Assembly (NCBI GenBank): GCA_963708025.1
Contig: CAVPSB010000013.1
Location: 256,001-320,000, forward strand
Reading direction: 5' to 3'
Source: an uncultured Candidatus Rokubacteria bacterium
GTDB taxonomy: Bacteria; Methylomirabilota; Methylomirabilia; Rokubacteriales; DASRDR01
Length of the DNA stretch: 64,000 nucleotides
The translations under genes were made by a program, and so were the position numbers. Below, piece by piece: positions 18,335 to 29,393 of this stretch. Position 1 is the stretch's first letter, and every line of letters begins with the position of its first letter. The notes under the pieces were generated by a model. That model did no database searches and was not told the DNA's origin. It saw only the letters and a list, made by a program, of their open reading frames with translations.

Positions 18335-19438
18335 ATGGAGTCGATCTACTACGTGATGTCGTGGGCGTGTCACCGCAGTGCAAGCACTGCTACGAGGAGC
18401 GCTTCCGCCCGTACGTCCGCGCCGAGCTGAAGTCCGTGGTCGCCGAGGCGCCGAGCGAACTTCCCGCGCATCATCGACAACTTCCCCGAGCGCACGACGT
18501 ACCTCGACCTCGAGCGACCCGCGAGCCCGACGGCCGCTTGCCGGAGCAGATCGGGCCGGATCATCCTGTCCGGCGGCGAGGCGCTGATCGATCCGGTGCG
18601 CGAGCGCGTGACCTACACGGTGCATCGAGCGCCTGACCGCGCGCTACGCGGCGATCAGGGCGGCGTGAAGCTCGTCGTGCAGACGACCGGCGACCTGCTG
18701 ACCGACGCGATCGTCGACGACCTCCTCGCGCGCGGCGTCTGGATGATCTCGGTGGCGAGCGTCGACGACTTCCACGTCGGGCTCGAAGGGCCGGACAAGC
18801 AGGACGCGTTCACCGAGCAGGCTGTCGCGCGCTGTTCGAGCGGCACGGCATGCGCCGATCGGGCCTCGTCGGCGCCGCGACGCGCAACTGGCACGAGGAA
18901 GACGGGCCGGTCTACAGCTTCTTCGGCGCGCACGCCCGACTCGTGGATCGGCAAGCTGTGGCCGCGCGGCCGCGCCTGGCAGAACGACCTCTCGACGGCG
19001 ACGACTCGCCGACAACTTCTGCAACCGCTGGTCGGGCGGGCTGAACTTCCTCCGCCACCGGTACAACGGCTCCGAGGTGTCGGTCGAGCCCGACCGGCGA
19101 CGTGCTACCCCTGCTGCGTGAAGACGAAGCTGCCGGTCGGCAACCTGCTCGAGGACAGACCTGATCGACATCCTCGACTCGCTGGCCGGCGATCCCGGCG
19201 TACGAGGCGATCACGATGGGTCATCCCGAGCGGATGGGGATCGGCCACGGCTGGAGCGAGGACACGTTCTCGCGACGTCGCGCACGGTGACGCCGGCCGG
19301 GCGCACGGCTACCAGAACCTCTGCATCGGCTGCGACCGCTTCCACGAGGAGGTGCTCGGGCCGCGCCTGGCGGCCGCACGGGCGCCGGCGTCGGGCCGCG
19401 GCGGTGCCCGCCGAGCGCGTCGCCGATCGGACCGATGA
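18335..19438 (+). CDS. Radical SAM protein with C-terminal Cys-rich region; many indels
   Basis: MESIYYVMSWACHR-x-CKHCY (CxxxCxxC across an indel), IILSGGEAL, VQTTGD, ISVASVDDFH, GKLWPRGRAW, NFCNRWSGG, YPCCVK, LCIGCDRFH. Confidence 0.75.
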
Positions 19439-19459
19439 TCTCGCAAGGGGGACACCCGA

Positions 19460-20695
19460 TGATGCCGTGCGCTGTTCGCACGGGCCTCGGCCTGCTCGTC
19501 CTCGCGCCTGCTCACCGCGCACCCGCGCAGCCGCCCCGGCGCAGGCGCCGTCGTGGCCGGAGATCGCGGCCCGGGCGCGCGGCCAGACGGTGTTAACTGG
19601 AACGCGTGGGCCGGCGACGAGAAGACCAACGCCTTCATCGCGTGGGTCGGCGAGCGAGGTCGCGCGGCGCTCACGGCGTCAAGGTGCGTCACGTCAAGCT
19701 CAAGGACACCGCCGAGGCGGTCGACGCGGGTCGTCGCCGAGAAGGCCGGCCGGCCGCGATCGCGACGGCGGGACGGTCGACCTCGATCTGGATCAACGGG
19801 CCCAATTTCCTGGCGATGAAGGAGCAGGGGCTGCTCCACGGCCCGTTCACCCAGCTCCTGCCCAACTCCCGGCGGGTCGACACGCAGGGCAAGCCGTCCA
19901 CGGTCATCGACTTCACGGTGCCGGTCGACGGCCTGGCGGCGCCGTGGCGCATGGCGCAGATCGTTTCGTCTACGACGGCGCCCGGGTGCCGAAGCCGCCG
20001 CGGTCGATCCCCGCGCTGCTCGACTGGGCGCAGGCGCAATCCCGGCCGCCTCACGCACCCCAGCGTGCGCAACTTCCTCGGCACGACGTTCCTGAAGCAG
20101 GCGCTCTACGAGCTGGCGCCCGACCCGGCGGTGCTGCAGCAGCCCGGCGACCGACGCAGAACTTCGCCGCGGTGACCGCGCCCGCTCTGGGGCTGGTACG
20201 ACGCGCTCCGGCCGGCCCTGTGGCGCCAGGGCCGCGCAGTTCCCCGAGAGCGGCCCCGCCCAGCGGCAGCTCATGAGCGACGGCGAGATCGACATCATGA
20301 TCGCGTTCAACCCGTCCGAGGCCGCGACGTCGATCGCGAACCGGCCTCCTGCCCGACACGGTGCGCACGTTCGTCTTGCGAGCGGGGCACGATCGGCAAC
20401 ACCAGCTTCGTCGCGATCCCGTACAACGCCGCCCACCGGAGGGCGCGATGGTCGTCGCCAACTTCCTGCTGTCGCCGGAGACCCAGGCCCACGCCCAGGA
20501 CCCGCGGGTGCTGGGCAGCGTTCACCGTGCTGGATCTCACCCGCCTGGCGGCTGCCGACCGGCAGCGCTTCGACGACCTGCCCCGGGGCGTGGCGACGCT
20601 GACCAACGCCGAGCTGGGGCGGCCGCTGCCTCGAGCCGCACCCGTCGTGGATGACGCGCATCACGGCGGAGTGGGAACGGCGCTACAGCAACTGA
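19460..20695 (+). CDS. YnjB-like ABC transporter substrate-binding protein; many indels
   Basis: W..I.A.ARGQTV.WNAWAGD, DLIWINGPNF.AMK, TVIDFTVPVDG..APW.MAQ, GTTFLKQAL, GTIGNTSFVAIPYNA, VVANFLLSPE, WERRY. Confidence 0.75.
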
Positions 20696-20753
20696 TCCTG
20701 GACGGCGAACACTGCACCCTGATCGGGGCTTCGGGCGCTGCTCCTATTCCGCT

Positions 20754-20852
20754 CCCTCTCCCCTTCAGGGGGAGCGGGCTGAGGCCGAGGGTCGATAGGG
20801 GAGCATGGCTTCTCCGGCTCACGCTGACCCTCTCCCCCTGAAGGGGAGAGGG
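20754..20852. repeat. Paired REP-like palindromes CCCTCTCCCC..GGGGAG(A/C)GGG
   Basis: Two hairpin units at 20754-20778 and 20828-20852; a related unit lies at 32873-32897. Confidence 0.65.
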
Positions 20853-20929
20853 AAAGGAGGGTACAGCTCGAGCCGGATAACCGCCGATTGGGGCTTGGGA
20901 GCCGCTGGCATTTCTTGACGGGCGCTGAG

Positions 20930-22640
20930 TTGAATGACGCGGCGGAGCGGCGCCGGGGAACGCTGGGCTATGTTCCCGGGCTCACCGTGGCGCTGTTCCT
21001 GGTGCCGATCGGCGCCGGGCTCGTCGGCACCGCGCTGCCGGCCTTCGGCTACCTGCCCGCCATCGGCGGCCACCGGCTGACCCTCGACCCCTGGCGGGCG
21101 CTGCTCGCCCAGCCCGGTCTTCTCGACCACCCTGCGGCTCACGATCGCCTGCGGCCTCCTGGCCACGCTCATCTCGCTCGGCGTGGTCGTGGCCTTCTGC
21201 GCGGCCGCCCACGGGACCCGGGGCTTCCGGCGCGTGCAGGCGGCGCTCGCGCCGATGCTGGCGACCCCGCACGCCGCCCTCGCGATCGGGCTCGCGTTCC
21301 TGATGGCGCCGAGCGGCTGGATCGCGCGCTGGCTCTCGCCGTGGCTGACCGGGTGGGAGCGCCCGCCCGACCTCGCCCTGGTGCCGGACCCGGCCGGCCT
21401 GTGCGTGGTGGCCGGGCTCACGCTGAAGGAGGTGCCCTACCTGCTCTTGATGACGCTGGCCGCGCTCGACCAGGTGCGGGCCGGCCAGGCGCTCGACATC
21501 GCCCGCTCGCTCGGCTACGGCCCGGTCACCGCGTGGCTCAAGGCCGTCCTGCCGCAGATCTACCCGCAGATCCGGCTGCCGCTCTACGCGGTGCTCGCCT
21601 TCTCCCTGTCGGTCGTCGACGTCGCGCTCATCCTGGCCCCGGCGAACCCGCCGCCGCTCGGGCCGCTGGTCGTCCGGTGGTTCTCCGACCGGGACCTGGC
21701 GCTGGTCTTCCCCGCCGCCGCCGGGGCCTGCCTGCAGTTCCTGATCGTCGCCGTCGCGATCGGGCTCTGGCGCTTGACCGAGATCGCGGTGGCCCGACTG
21801 GGGCGGGCCTGGATCGCGCGGGGCCACCGGGGCGGCCACGGCACACTCGCGCGGCGGGGCGCGGCAACGGTCATGACGGGGATCCTGCTGGCGAGCGCGG
21901 CCAGCGTCCTCGGCATGGCCGTCTGGTCGGTCGCCGCCGCCTGGCGCTTTCCGCAGGCGCTGCCGGCGAGCTTCACGCTGGAGACCTGGCAGCGCCAGAC
22001 CAGGGGGCTGATCGGACCGACCTGGACCACGATCGCGGTCGGCGTGACCGCCACCGGCGTCGCCCTGGCGCTCGTCCTGGCCTGCCTCGAGAACGAGCAG
22101 CGCCAGGGACTCAAGCCGTCGGCCCGCGCGCTGTGGCTCCTCTACACCCCGCTGCTCGTGCCGCAGATCGCGTTCCTGTTCGGCGCCCAGGTCGCGCTGG
22201 TCCGCCTCGACCTCGACGCGACCTGGCTGGCGGTGATCTGGGCGCACCTCCTCTTCGTGCTGCCCTACGTGTTCCTGTCGCTGGCCGACCCCTGGCGCGC
22301 GCTCGATCCGCGCTACGCGCGGACCGCCGCCTGTCTGGGCGCCTCCCCCGCCGGCGTGTTCTTGCGGGTCAAGGTGCCGATGCTGGTGCGCCCCATCCTG
22401 TTCGCGGCCGCCGTCGGCTTCGCGGTCAGCGCGGGGCAGTACCTGCCGACGCTGTTCGCCGGGGCCGGACGCTTCGCGACGCTCACGACCGAGGCCGTCA
22501 CGCTCGCCTCCGGCAGCGACCGCCGGGTCATCGGGGTCTACACCTTCGTGCAGACCGCGCTCCCGCTGCTCGTCTACGCGACGGCGATCGCGCTGCCGCT
22601 GTGGGTCTACCGGGAGCGGCGCGGGCTGCAGGCTTCCTGA
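20930..22640 (+). CDS. YnjC-like ABC permease; frameshift near 21125, start approximate
   Basis: PAFGYLPAIGG, LATPHAALAIGLAFLMAPSGW..R, KEVPYLL, ARSLGY, HLLFVLPY.FLSL, QYLPTLFAGAGR. Confidence 0.8.
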
Positions 22641-23281
22641 TGAGCCGGACGCTGCGCCTCGAGGACGTCCAGATCGCGGTGGGGCCGCGCGCCCTCCTGG
22701 GGCCGCTGACCCTCGAGGTGAAGCCGGGCGAGGTGCTGACGGTCATGGGGCCGAGCGGCTCCGGCAAGTCGACGCTGCTGTCCTACATCTGCGGCACGCT
22801 CGACCCCGCGTTCGTGGCCAAGGGGCGGGTGTGGCTGCGCGACCGCGAGATCACGCGCCTGCCGCCCGAGGCGCGGCGGGTCGGCATCCTCTTCCAGGAC
22901 GACCTCCTCTTCCCTCACCTGTCGGTGGGCCAGAACCTCGCCTTCGGCCTGCCCGTCGAGGTGGCTGGCCCGGCCGCCCGCCGAGCCCGGGTCGAGGCGG
23001 CGCTCGAGGAGGCCGATCTCGGCGGCTTCGCCGACCGGGACCCGGCCACCCTGTCCGGCGGCCAGCGCGCCCGCGTCTCGCTCATGCGGACGCTCCTCGC
23101 CGAGCCGCACGCCCTGCTCCTCGACGAGCCCTTCAGCAAGCTCGACGCCGAGCTGCGCGAGCGGTTCCGGCGCTTCGTCTTCACCCACGCGGGCTCCCGC
23201 GGCTTGCCGACCTTGCTGGTGACCCACGACCCGGCCGACGCGGAGGCGGCCCGGGGCCCCGTCCTGCGGCTCCTGGAGTAG
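22640..23281 (+). CDS. YnjD-like ABC ATP-binding protein
   Basis: GPSGSGKS, LFQDDLLFPHL, LSGGQRAR, LLLDEPF; TGATG overlap with the permease. Confidence 0.9.
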   Translation: MSRTLRLEDVQIAVGPRALLGPLTLEVKPGEVLTVMGPSGSGKSTLLSYICGTLDPAFVAKGRVWLRDREITRLPPEARRVGILFQDDLLFPHLSVGQNLAFGLPVEVAGPAARRARVEAALEEADLGGFADRDPATLSGGQRARVSLMRTLLAEPHALLLDEPFSKLDAELRERFRRFVFTHAGSRGLPTLLVTHDPADAEAARGPVLRLLE

Positions 23282-23373
23282 CTCCGGGCGGCGGCTCCGC
23301 CGGCCCGGCTGGGGGTTATCCCGTATACCCGGGAAACTTGGGGGGCGAGTGCCCCTCGCCCTAGAATGGGCTC

Positions 23374-23661
23374 ATGATCCTCGCCCGACCCGACAAGATC
23401 ATCGTCGTCGCTCCGGACCTCGTGTCGTTCTACGAGTTCCTGAAGCCGCGGCAGGAAGACCTCTACGACACCTTCATCGTGCTCCTCGACCGGCGACAGG
23501 CCGAGCGGCGCCGGCTCGAGCGACGGCGGGAGATCCGCCCGAGCGCCGCCGACCGCCGCCGCGAGGACCGCCGCAGCCCGACCTCCGACGCCGCCCGGGC
23601 GCAGCTCTCCGTCCTCGGGTTCGCGATCCTCCACCGGGAAGGCGAGCGCTACACCCCCTGA
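23374..23661 (+). CDS. Small hypothetical protein with DRR/ERR-rich C-terminus
   Basis: Globular IIVVAPD..YEFL..IVLLDRR followed by ERRR/DRRR repeats; typical codon usage. Confidence 0.6.
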   Translation: MILARPDKIIVVAPDLVSFYEFLKPRQEDLYDTFIVLLDRRQAERRRLERRREIRPSAADRRREDRRSPTSDAARAQLSVLGFAILHREGERYTP

Positions 23662-23667
23662 GAACAT

Positions 23668-23691
23668 CGGGGGGGTCTGGGAAGACCCCCC
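23668..23691. repeat. Short palindrome GGGGGTCT(G/C)GGAAGACCCCCC
   Basis: Near-identical copy at 33771-33791; each follows a stop codon. Confidence 0.55.
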
Positions 23692-23840
23692 GCGGAGCGC
23701 GACTATTGGACGGCCTTCGGCCTTTGGGCCGCGGCTCGAAGCGGAACGCCGTGACCGCGCGGCCGGGTCAGAGGGGTACGAGAAGCCGACGAGTGGCGGG
23801 AAGTCAGACCCGCCTGGATTGGTTCACCGGCTCCGAGATT

Positions 23841-24017
23841 TCCGGGACCTCCCGCCCACCCCGATCCTTCGACAGCCTTCGGCCTTTGGCCCCCTCCCCA
23901 CCCACTGAGCGTGTGAAGCAATCGGTCCCTCCGGCTCCCCCCTCCCCCCCGGCCACAGGCCGAAGGCCGTCGAAGGGTGGGGGAGGGGGGTTGGGGGGGT
24001 AGGCGGGAGGCCCCGAA
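23841..24017. repeat. G-rich intergenic repeat, copy A (+, 23907-24017) with a partial inverted copy (23841-23906)
   Basis: GAGCGTGTGAAG..CTCCCCCTCCCCCC..GGGTGGGGGAGGGGG..GGCGGGAGGCCCCGAA; both copies contain GCC-TTCG-GC / GGCCGAAGGCC hairpin inserts. Confidence 0.75.
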
Positions 24018-25367
24018 CTAGTTGCGGAAGAAGCGGAGCGGCCCGAAGACCAGGGCCGGGAACGCGATCGTGAGCGTCAGCCCGATCAGCTGGAGGGCGA
24101 CGAACGGCACCACGCCCCGGTAGATCTCGACGGTCCTCACCTCGGCCGGGGCCACCCCGCGGAGGAAGAAGAGCGAGAAGCCGAAGGGCGGGGTGAGGAA
24201 GGAGGTCTGCAGGTTCACGCTGATCGCGATGGCCAGCCACGTGGGATCGAAGCCGAAGTGCTGCACCAGCACCGGCACCAGGATCGGCACGTGGATGAAG
24301 CAGATCTCGTAGTAGTCGATGAAGAAGCCCAGGAGGAAGATGACGAACATCACCAGCGCCAGGACGCCGTAGGGTCCGAACGGCAGGCCCTTGAGGAAGT
24401 CCTGGATCAGGTGGTCGCCGTTGAGGCCGCGGAACACCAGCCCGAAGCAGTTGGCGCCGACCAGGATGATGAACCCGAGGCTGGTGATCCGGGTCGTGAC
24501 CTGCATCACGCCGCGGAGCATCGCCATCGAGAACCGACCCTTCAGGATCGTCAGGATCATCCCGCCCATCGCCCCGACCGACGCCGCCTCGGTCGGCGAG
24601 GCGACTCCGGCGAAGATCGACCCCAGCACGCCCACGATCAGCGCGAAGGCGGGCAGCAGCGCGAGGCCCACCCGCTTGACCGCGTCCGCCCGGAAGGCGG
24701 CGATCTCGGCGGCCGGGATGGCCGGGGCGAGCTCGGGCTTCCACCACGACAGGACGGCGAGGTAGACGATGTAGAGTCCCACCAGGATGAAGCCGGGGAC
24801 GACGGCGCCGATGTAGAGGTCCCCGACCGAGACGCCCATGATGTCGCCCATCAGGATCAGGATGATGCTGGGGGGGATGATCTGGCCCAGGGTCCCGGCC
24901 GCGCAGATGGTGCCGCAGATCAGCTCCTTGTTGTAGCCCCGCCGCAGCATGGTGGGGAGCGAGATCATCCCCATGGTGATGACGCTGGCCCCCACGATCC
25001 CGGTCGAGGCCGCCAGGATGGCCCCCACCACCACCACCGAGATTGCGATGCCGCCCCTGAGGTGCCCGAACAGGAGGGCCATGGTCTCCAGGAGCTCCTC
25101 GGCGAGGCCGGATTTCTCGAGCGCGACGCCCATGAAGACGAAGAGGGGCACCGCCAGCAGGGTGAAGTTGGTCATCGTGCCCCAGATGCGGATCGGCAGG
25201 ATGTCGAGGAAGTCGGGCCGGAGAAAGCCGAAGCCCACCCCCAGCGCGCCGAAGAAGAAGCCCGTGAAGGTGAGGCTGAAGGCCACCGGGAACCCGAAGA
25301 AGAGAAAGGCGATCATGCCGGCGAACATGAGGGCGGCCAGCACCTGGTCGAGCGGCAGGCCGGCCAT
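24018..25367 (-). CDS. dctM: TRAP transporter large permease (DctM)
   Basis: GFPVAFSL, LLAVPLFVFMG, AASTGIVGASV, GTLGQIIPPSI, SPTEAASVGA, NLQTSFLTPPFG. Confidence 0.93.
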   Translation of the reverse strand: MAGLPLDQVLAALMFAGMIAFLFFGFPVAFSLTFTGFFFGALGVGFGFLRPDFLDILPIRIWGTMTNFTLLAVPLFVFMGVALEKSGLAEELLETMALLFGHLRGGIAISVVVVGAILAASTGIVGASVITMGMISLPTMLRRGYNKELICGTICAAGTLGQIIPPSIILILMGDIMGVSVGDLYIGAVVPGFILVGLYIVYLAVLSWWKPELAPAIPAAEIAAFRADAVKRVGLALLPAFALIVGVLGSIFAGVASPTEAASVGAMGGMILTILKGRFSMAMLRGVMQVTTRITSLGFIILVGANCFGLVFRGLNGDHLIQDFLKGLPFGPYGVLALVMFVIFLLGFFIDYYEICFIHVPILVPVLVQHFGFDPTWLAIAISVNLQTSFLTPPFGFSLFFLRGVAPAEVRTVEIYRGVVPFVALQLIGLTLTIAFPALVFGPLRFFRN

Positions 25368-25370
25368 GGG

Positions 25371-25901
25371 TCAGTGGACCTCCTTGGCCGCCGGCTCGCG
25401 GGTCTCCCAGCCCATCGCCCAGTAGAACGACTTGATGGCCTGGGAGATCCCCTGGACCAGCAGGAACACGAAGCCGATGATGATCATCGACTTGAGCGCC
25501 CACCGGGCGGGGAGTCCGCCGGGGTCGGGCGACCCCTCCCACGTCCACCACGCCGTCCGGACGAACGGCCAGGCCGTGTACACCACCAGGAGACAGGACG
25601 GGAAGAAGAAGATCCAGAGCAGCACGAAGTCGAGCCACGCCCTCCGGCGCGGCGAGAGCTTGGAGTAGATGATGTCGACCCGCACGTGCTCGTCGTAGAG
25701 CAGCGTGTAGCCGGCGGCCAGGAGGTAGAGCGTGCCGAACAGGTACCACTCGAGCTCCTGGGTGGCTCCGTACGCCTTCCGGAAGGCGTAGCGGAGCACG
25801 ACGTCGCCGAAGACGACGACCACCATCGCCAGGGACAGCCACGAGACTCCACGCCCGAACCAGTCCTGCCAGGCGTCGATCCGCCGGGCCAGCTCACGCA
25901 T
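25371..25901 (-). CDS. dctQ: TRAP transporter small permease (DctQ)
   Basis: VVLRYAF, QELEWYL, AGYTL..DEHVRVD, EGSPDPGGLP. Confidence 0.9.
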   Translation of the reverse strand: MRELARRIDAWQDWFGRGVSWLSLAMVVVVFGDVVLRYAFRKAYGATQELEWYLFGTLYLLAAGYTLLYDEHVRVDIIYSKLSPRRRAWLDFVLLWIFFFPSCLLVVYTAWPFVRTAWWTWEGSPDPGGLPARWALKSMIIIGFVFLLVQGISQAIKSFYWAMGWETREPAAKEVH

Positions 25902-26048
25902 CGACCGTTCCTCCCTTGGACGACGAACGGCCGACCCCTCGGGGTCGGCCAGTTCGGCGAGATCTTTCCGGGCCCGGCGCCGGCCCGGAACGCCTCCGGA
26001 TGACGGCGGGGCGGAGCGGTGGCCCCGTCCCGCCGCCGGTTGACGAGG

Positions 26049-27132
26049 CTAACCCAGAATGCTGTGGTAGACGCCCTCCACCTTGCCCCAGTCCGACGTC
26101 GTGGACAGGAACTTCGCGTAGGCGGCCGCGACCTTCTTGGCCATCGGACTCTTGTCGGCCTCCTCCTGCATGACCTGCGCCGAGAGCTTCCGGGCGCCGT
26201 CGATCACCGCGTCCGGGAGCCGGATGAGCTCCACCTTGCCCTTGAACTCCGTCGTGAGGCGCTGCAGCCCGATCGCGTTCTTGACGAAGTACTCCGCGTC
26301 CGACAGCGGATAGATCGCCGCCGCCGCGTAGTCCAGGATGTGCCGGAAGTCGGCCGGCAGCGCGTCGTAGGCCTTCTTGTTGAAGCTGAACTCGGCGATC
26401 GACGTCGGCTCGTGCCAGCCGGGGAAGTAGTAGTAGCGGGCCGCGTTCTGGAAGCCGAGCTTGAGGTCGTCGTGGGGCCCGATGAACTCGGTGGCGTCGA
26501 TGGTGCCGCGCTCGAGCGCGGTGTAGATCTCCCCGGGCGGCAGGAGGACCACGGCGGCGCCGGCCTTGGCGTAGACCTTCCCCCAGGCCCGGGATCCGGA
26601 TCTTCAGGCCTTTCAGGTCGTCGATGGTGTTGATCTTCTTCCGGAACCAGCCGGTCATCTGCGGGTTGGTCGCCTGGGCCGGGCGCGGGATCACGCCGAA
26701 GGGGGCGTAGGCCTCCTCCCACAGCTTGAGCCCGTCCCCGAAGTGATACCAGGCGAAGTACCCCTGGGCGTCGAGGCCGAACGGCACCGAGGTGAACCAC
26801 TGGAAGCCGTTCTCCTTGCCGGCCCAGTAGTAGGCGGCGCCGTTGAACGCCTCCACCGTGCCCTGGAGGCACGCGTCGAAGACGCCCGTCGCCGGCATGA
26901 GCTCACCGCCGGCGAACACCTGGATCTTGAAGCGGCCCCCGGTCTCCTCGTCGACGATCTTCGCGAACCGCTGCGCGTTCCCGAGCAGGATGTCGTTGGC
27001 CGGGGGCCACATGGTCGGCATCCGCCACTGGATCCGGGGCTGGGCGATCACGTTGGGGGCGTCGATGGTGGACGCCGCGCCGGCGGCCACGAGGGCGCCG
27101 CCGGCTCTCACGAGGAACTTGCGTCGCTGCAT
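26049..27132 (-). CDS. dctP: TRAP substrate-binding protein (DctP/TakP-like), Tat signal; frameshift near 26582
   Basis: MQRRKFL, APNVIAQ, YYWAGK, VPFGL, QMTGWFRK.I, GEIYTALERGTIDATE..GP.DD, YY.PGWHEP. Confidence 0.88.
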
Positions 27133-27379
27133 GGATGACCTCCCGCGTCGAGGTGGAGGGGCAGTTCCGTCTCTCCGGTTCCAGGCCGAAGGACTGCCGG
27201 ACCGCTCCCCGCGCGCGGGGGAGCGCGCCCGGAGCGACCTTGACAGGGCGGCGCCCGCCGACGGTAGAGTGTCGTGGGACTCACCGTCGGGGCACCGGCC
27301 GAACCGCGGACCCGGCCCCGGCTCCGCCAGCAACCCGCGGTGGCGTGACGCGCCCCCGGCTCCGGGAGGAGGATCCGAG

Positions 27380-28763
27380 ATGAGCTACGACCTGGTGGTG
27401 CGCGGGGGAGAGATCGTCACCGCCACCGACCGCTTCCCCGGCGACATCGGCGTTCGCGCCGGCCGGATCGCCACGATCGGCGACGCCCTGCCTCACGGCG
27501 AGCGGGAGGTCAACGCCCGTGGCCTCCAGGTGCTCCCGGGCGGCATCGACGTCCACACGCACCTCGACATCGACCTCGGCGGCATGCGGAGCATCGACGA
27601 CTTCGAGTCGGGCACGGCGGCCGCCGCCTGCGGCGGCGTGACCACCATCTGCGACTACGCCTGGCAGGAGAAGGGCTGGTCGCTCGCCGACGACCGTCGA
27701 GGCCTGGAAGGCCAGGGCTCACGAGGCGCGCGCACATCGACTACGCCTTCCACGTGGTGCGTGAACGACGTCAACGAGGCCGGCTGGCCGAGATCCCGCG
27801 CCTGGCCGCGTCGGGCTATCCGAGCTTCAAGGTCTTCATGATCAAGGAGTTCGGCATCAGCGACGCGGCGCTCCTGCGCGTCCTCGACGGGCGAGCCGCG
27901 AAGCCGGGGCCGTCGTCAACATCCACGCCGAGAACAGCGACCTCCTGGACCTCGACGTCGCCGACATGCTGGCGGCCGGCCGCTGGGATCCACGCCACTA
28001 CGCGGAGAGCCGGCCGGCGCTGGCCGAGGCCGAGGCCACCCGGCGGGCGATCGACTACGCCGAGGCGGTGGACGCCGAGGTCTACATCGTCCACATGTCG
28101 TGCCGCGATGCGGTGGAAGCGGTGCGGGCGGCGCGCGCGGCGCGGGCTGCGCGTCTGGGCGGAGACGCGGCCGATCTACCTGGGCCTGACCGAGGAGCGG
28201 TACGAGGTCGGGGGCGTCGGAGGCGGCCAAGGTCATCGGCGCCCCGCCGCTGCGGACGGCGGAGGACCAGGCGGCGCTGTGGGACGGGCTCGGAGCGGCG
28301 ACGTGCACGACGATCGGCAGCGACAACTGCTCCTGGATCGTGCGACCAGAAGGCGGCTGGGCGTCGAGGACTTCCGCAAGGCGTGCCCTATGGCGTGCCC
28401 GGACTCGAGACGGAGATGCGGGTGATCTACTCGGAGGGCGTCGCCAACGGGCCGGATCTCGATCCACACGTTCGTGGCGGCGTTCAGCGACGAATGCCGG
28501 CGCGGATCTTCGGCCTTTACCCGCAGAAGGGCACGATCGCGGTCGGGAGCGACGCCGATCTCGTGCTGTTCGATCCGCGGCGGACCGAGACGGTCAACGA
28601 GCGCCGCCTCCATTCGCGGGCGGGGTACGACCCGTTCGAGGGCTTCGCGATCACCGGGGTCCCCGTGCTCACGGTCGCGCGGGGCGAGATCGTCTCCCGC
28701 GAGGGCGAGCTCCTCAGCCGGCCCGGCCGGGGAAAGCATCTGTTGCGCCAGCGCGCTCGTTGA
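27380..28763 (+). CDS. Dihydropyrimidinase/D-hydantoinase; multiple indels between about 27690 and 28500
   Basis: LPGGIDVHTH, GTAAAACGGVTTI.D, SFKVFM, IHAEN, SRP..AE.EA, YIVHMS, GVPGLE, FGLYPQKGTIAVGSDADLV. Confidence 0.85.
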
Positions 28764-28915
28764 GGGACCCCGAGAGACGTGGTGACGGTCGCCGCGGCGT
28801 CGTGTCTCGGACCGCGCGCGGCCAACCGCCCGGCGATCCGAGAGCGACGCCTGGCGCATCCTAGCACGCGCCGGGACCGCGTCGCCAGGGCCCCCGGGTG
28901 ACCGGCCCCCGGGCA

Positions 28916-29308
28916 CTATCGCGGCAGCGGGGCGTAGGCGAGGACTTCGATCCGGGCGCCGGGGACCGCCAGCCCCGAGATCACGATGCACGCCCTCGAC
29001 GGATACGGCCGGCGAAAGTACCGAGCGTAGACCTCGTCGATGGACGGCTTGTCTTCCAGCCGGGTGATGTAGAGCACGACCTGGGCCACGTCGTCCAGCG
29101 TGGCGCCGGCGGCCTTCACCGCTTGCTTCAGGTTGGACAGCGCCAGCTCCGCCTGGGCCGTCGCGCTGCCGGACTCCACCGACCCGTCCGGACGGATCGG
29201 CATGTGCGCGGTGTAGAGGATCCCGTTCGCCACCACGGCGTGGGAGAACGGCGCGGTCTCCGGGGACAGGCCCGTCTCGACTACCTGGCGCACTCGCTGC
29301 TCCTCCAT
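28916..29308 (-). CDS. RidA/YjgF family protein
   Basis: APFSHAVVANG, Q..L.L.NL...V.AAG, Y..YF..PYPSR, LA.PGARIEV. Confidence 0.85.
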   Translation of the reverse strand: MEEQRVRQVVETGLSPETAPFSHAVVANGILYTAHMPIRPDGSVESGSATAQAELALSNLKQAVKAAGATLDDVAQVVLYITRLEDKPSIDEVYARYFRRPYPSRACIVISGLAVPGARIEVLAYAPLPR

Positions 29309-29393
29309 TCGGGACCTCCCGCCCACCCCCCAGCCCCCTCCCCCACCCACTGGGGGGAGGGGGGAGTCGGACGACCCATTCCTTCACACGCTC
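29309..29393 (-). repeat. G-rich intergenic repeat, copy C
   Basis: The reverse complement begins GAGCGTGTGAAGGAATGG immediately after the TGA of the Zn-dehydrogenase and ends GGGAGGTCCCGA immediately before the ridA ATG. Confidence 0.8.

Noticed and set aside
20888-23281. 797-aa ORF suggesting a permease-ATPase fusion
   Set aside because: The middle is off-frame Arg/Pro/Gly-rich text; the permease ends at 22640, where the ATPase starts (TGATG).
27240-27270. TTGACA..TAGAGT promoter for the dihydropyrimidinase
   Set aside because: The spacer is 19 nt, too weak to list as a feature.
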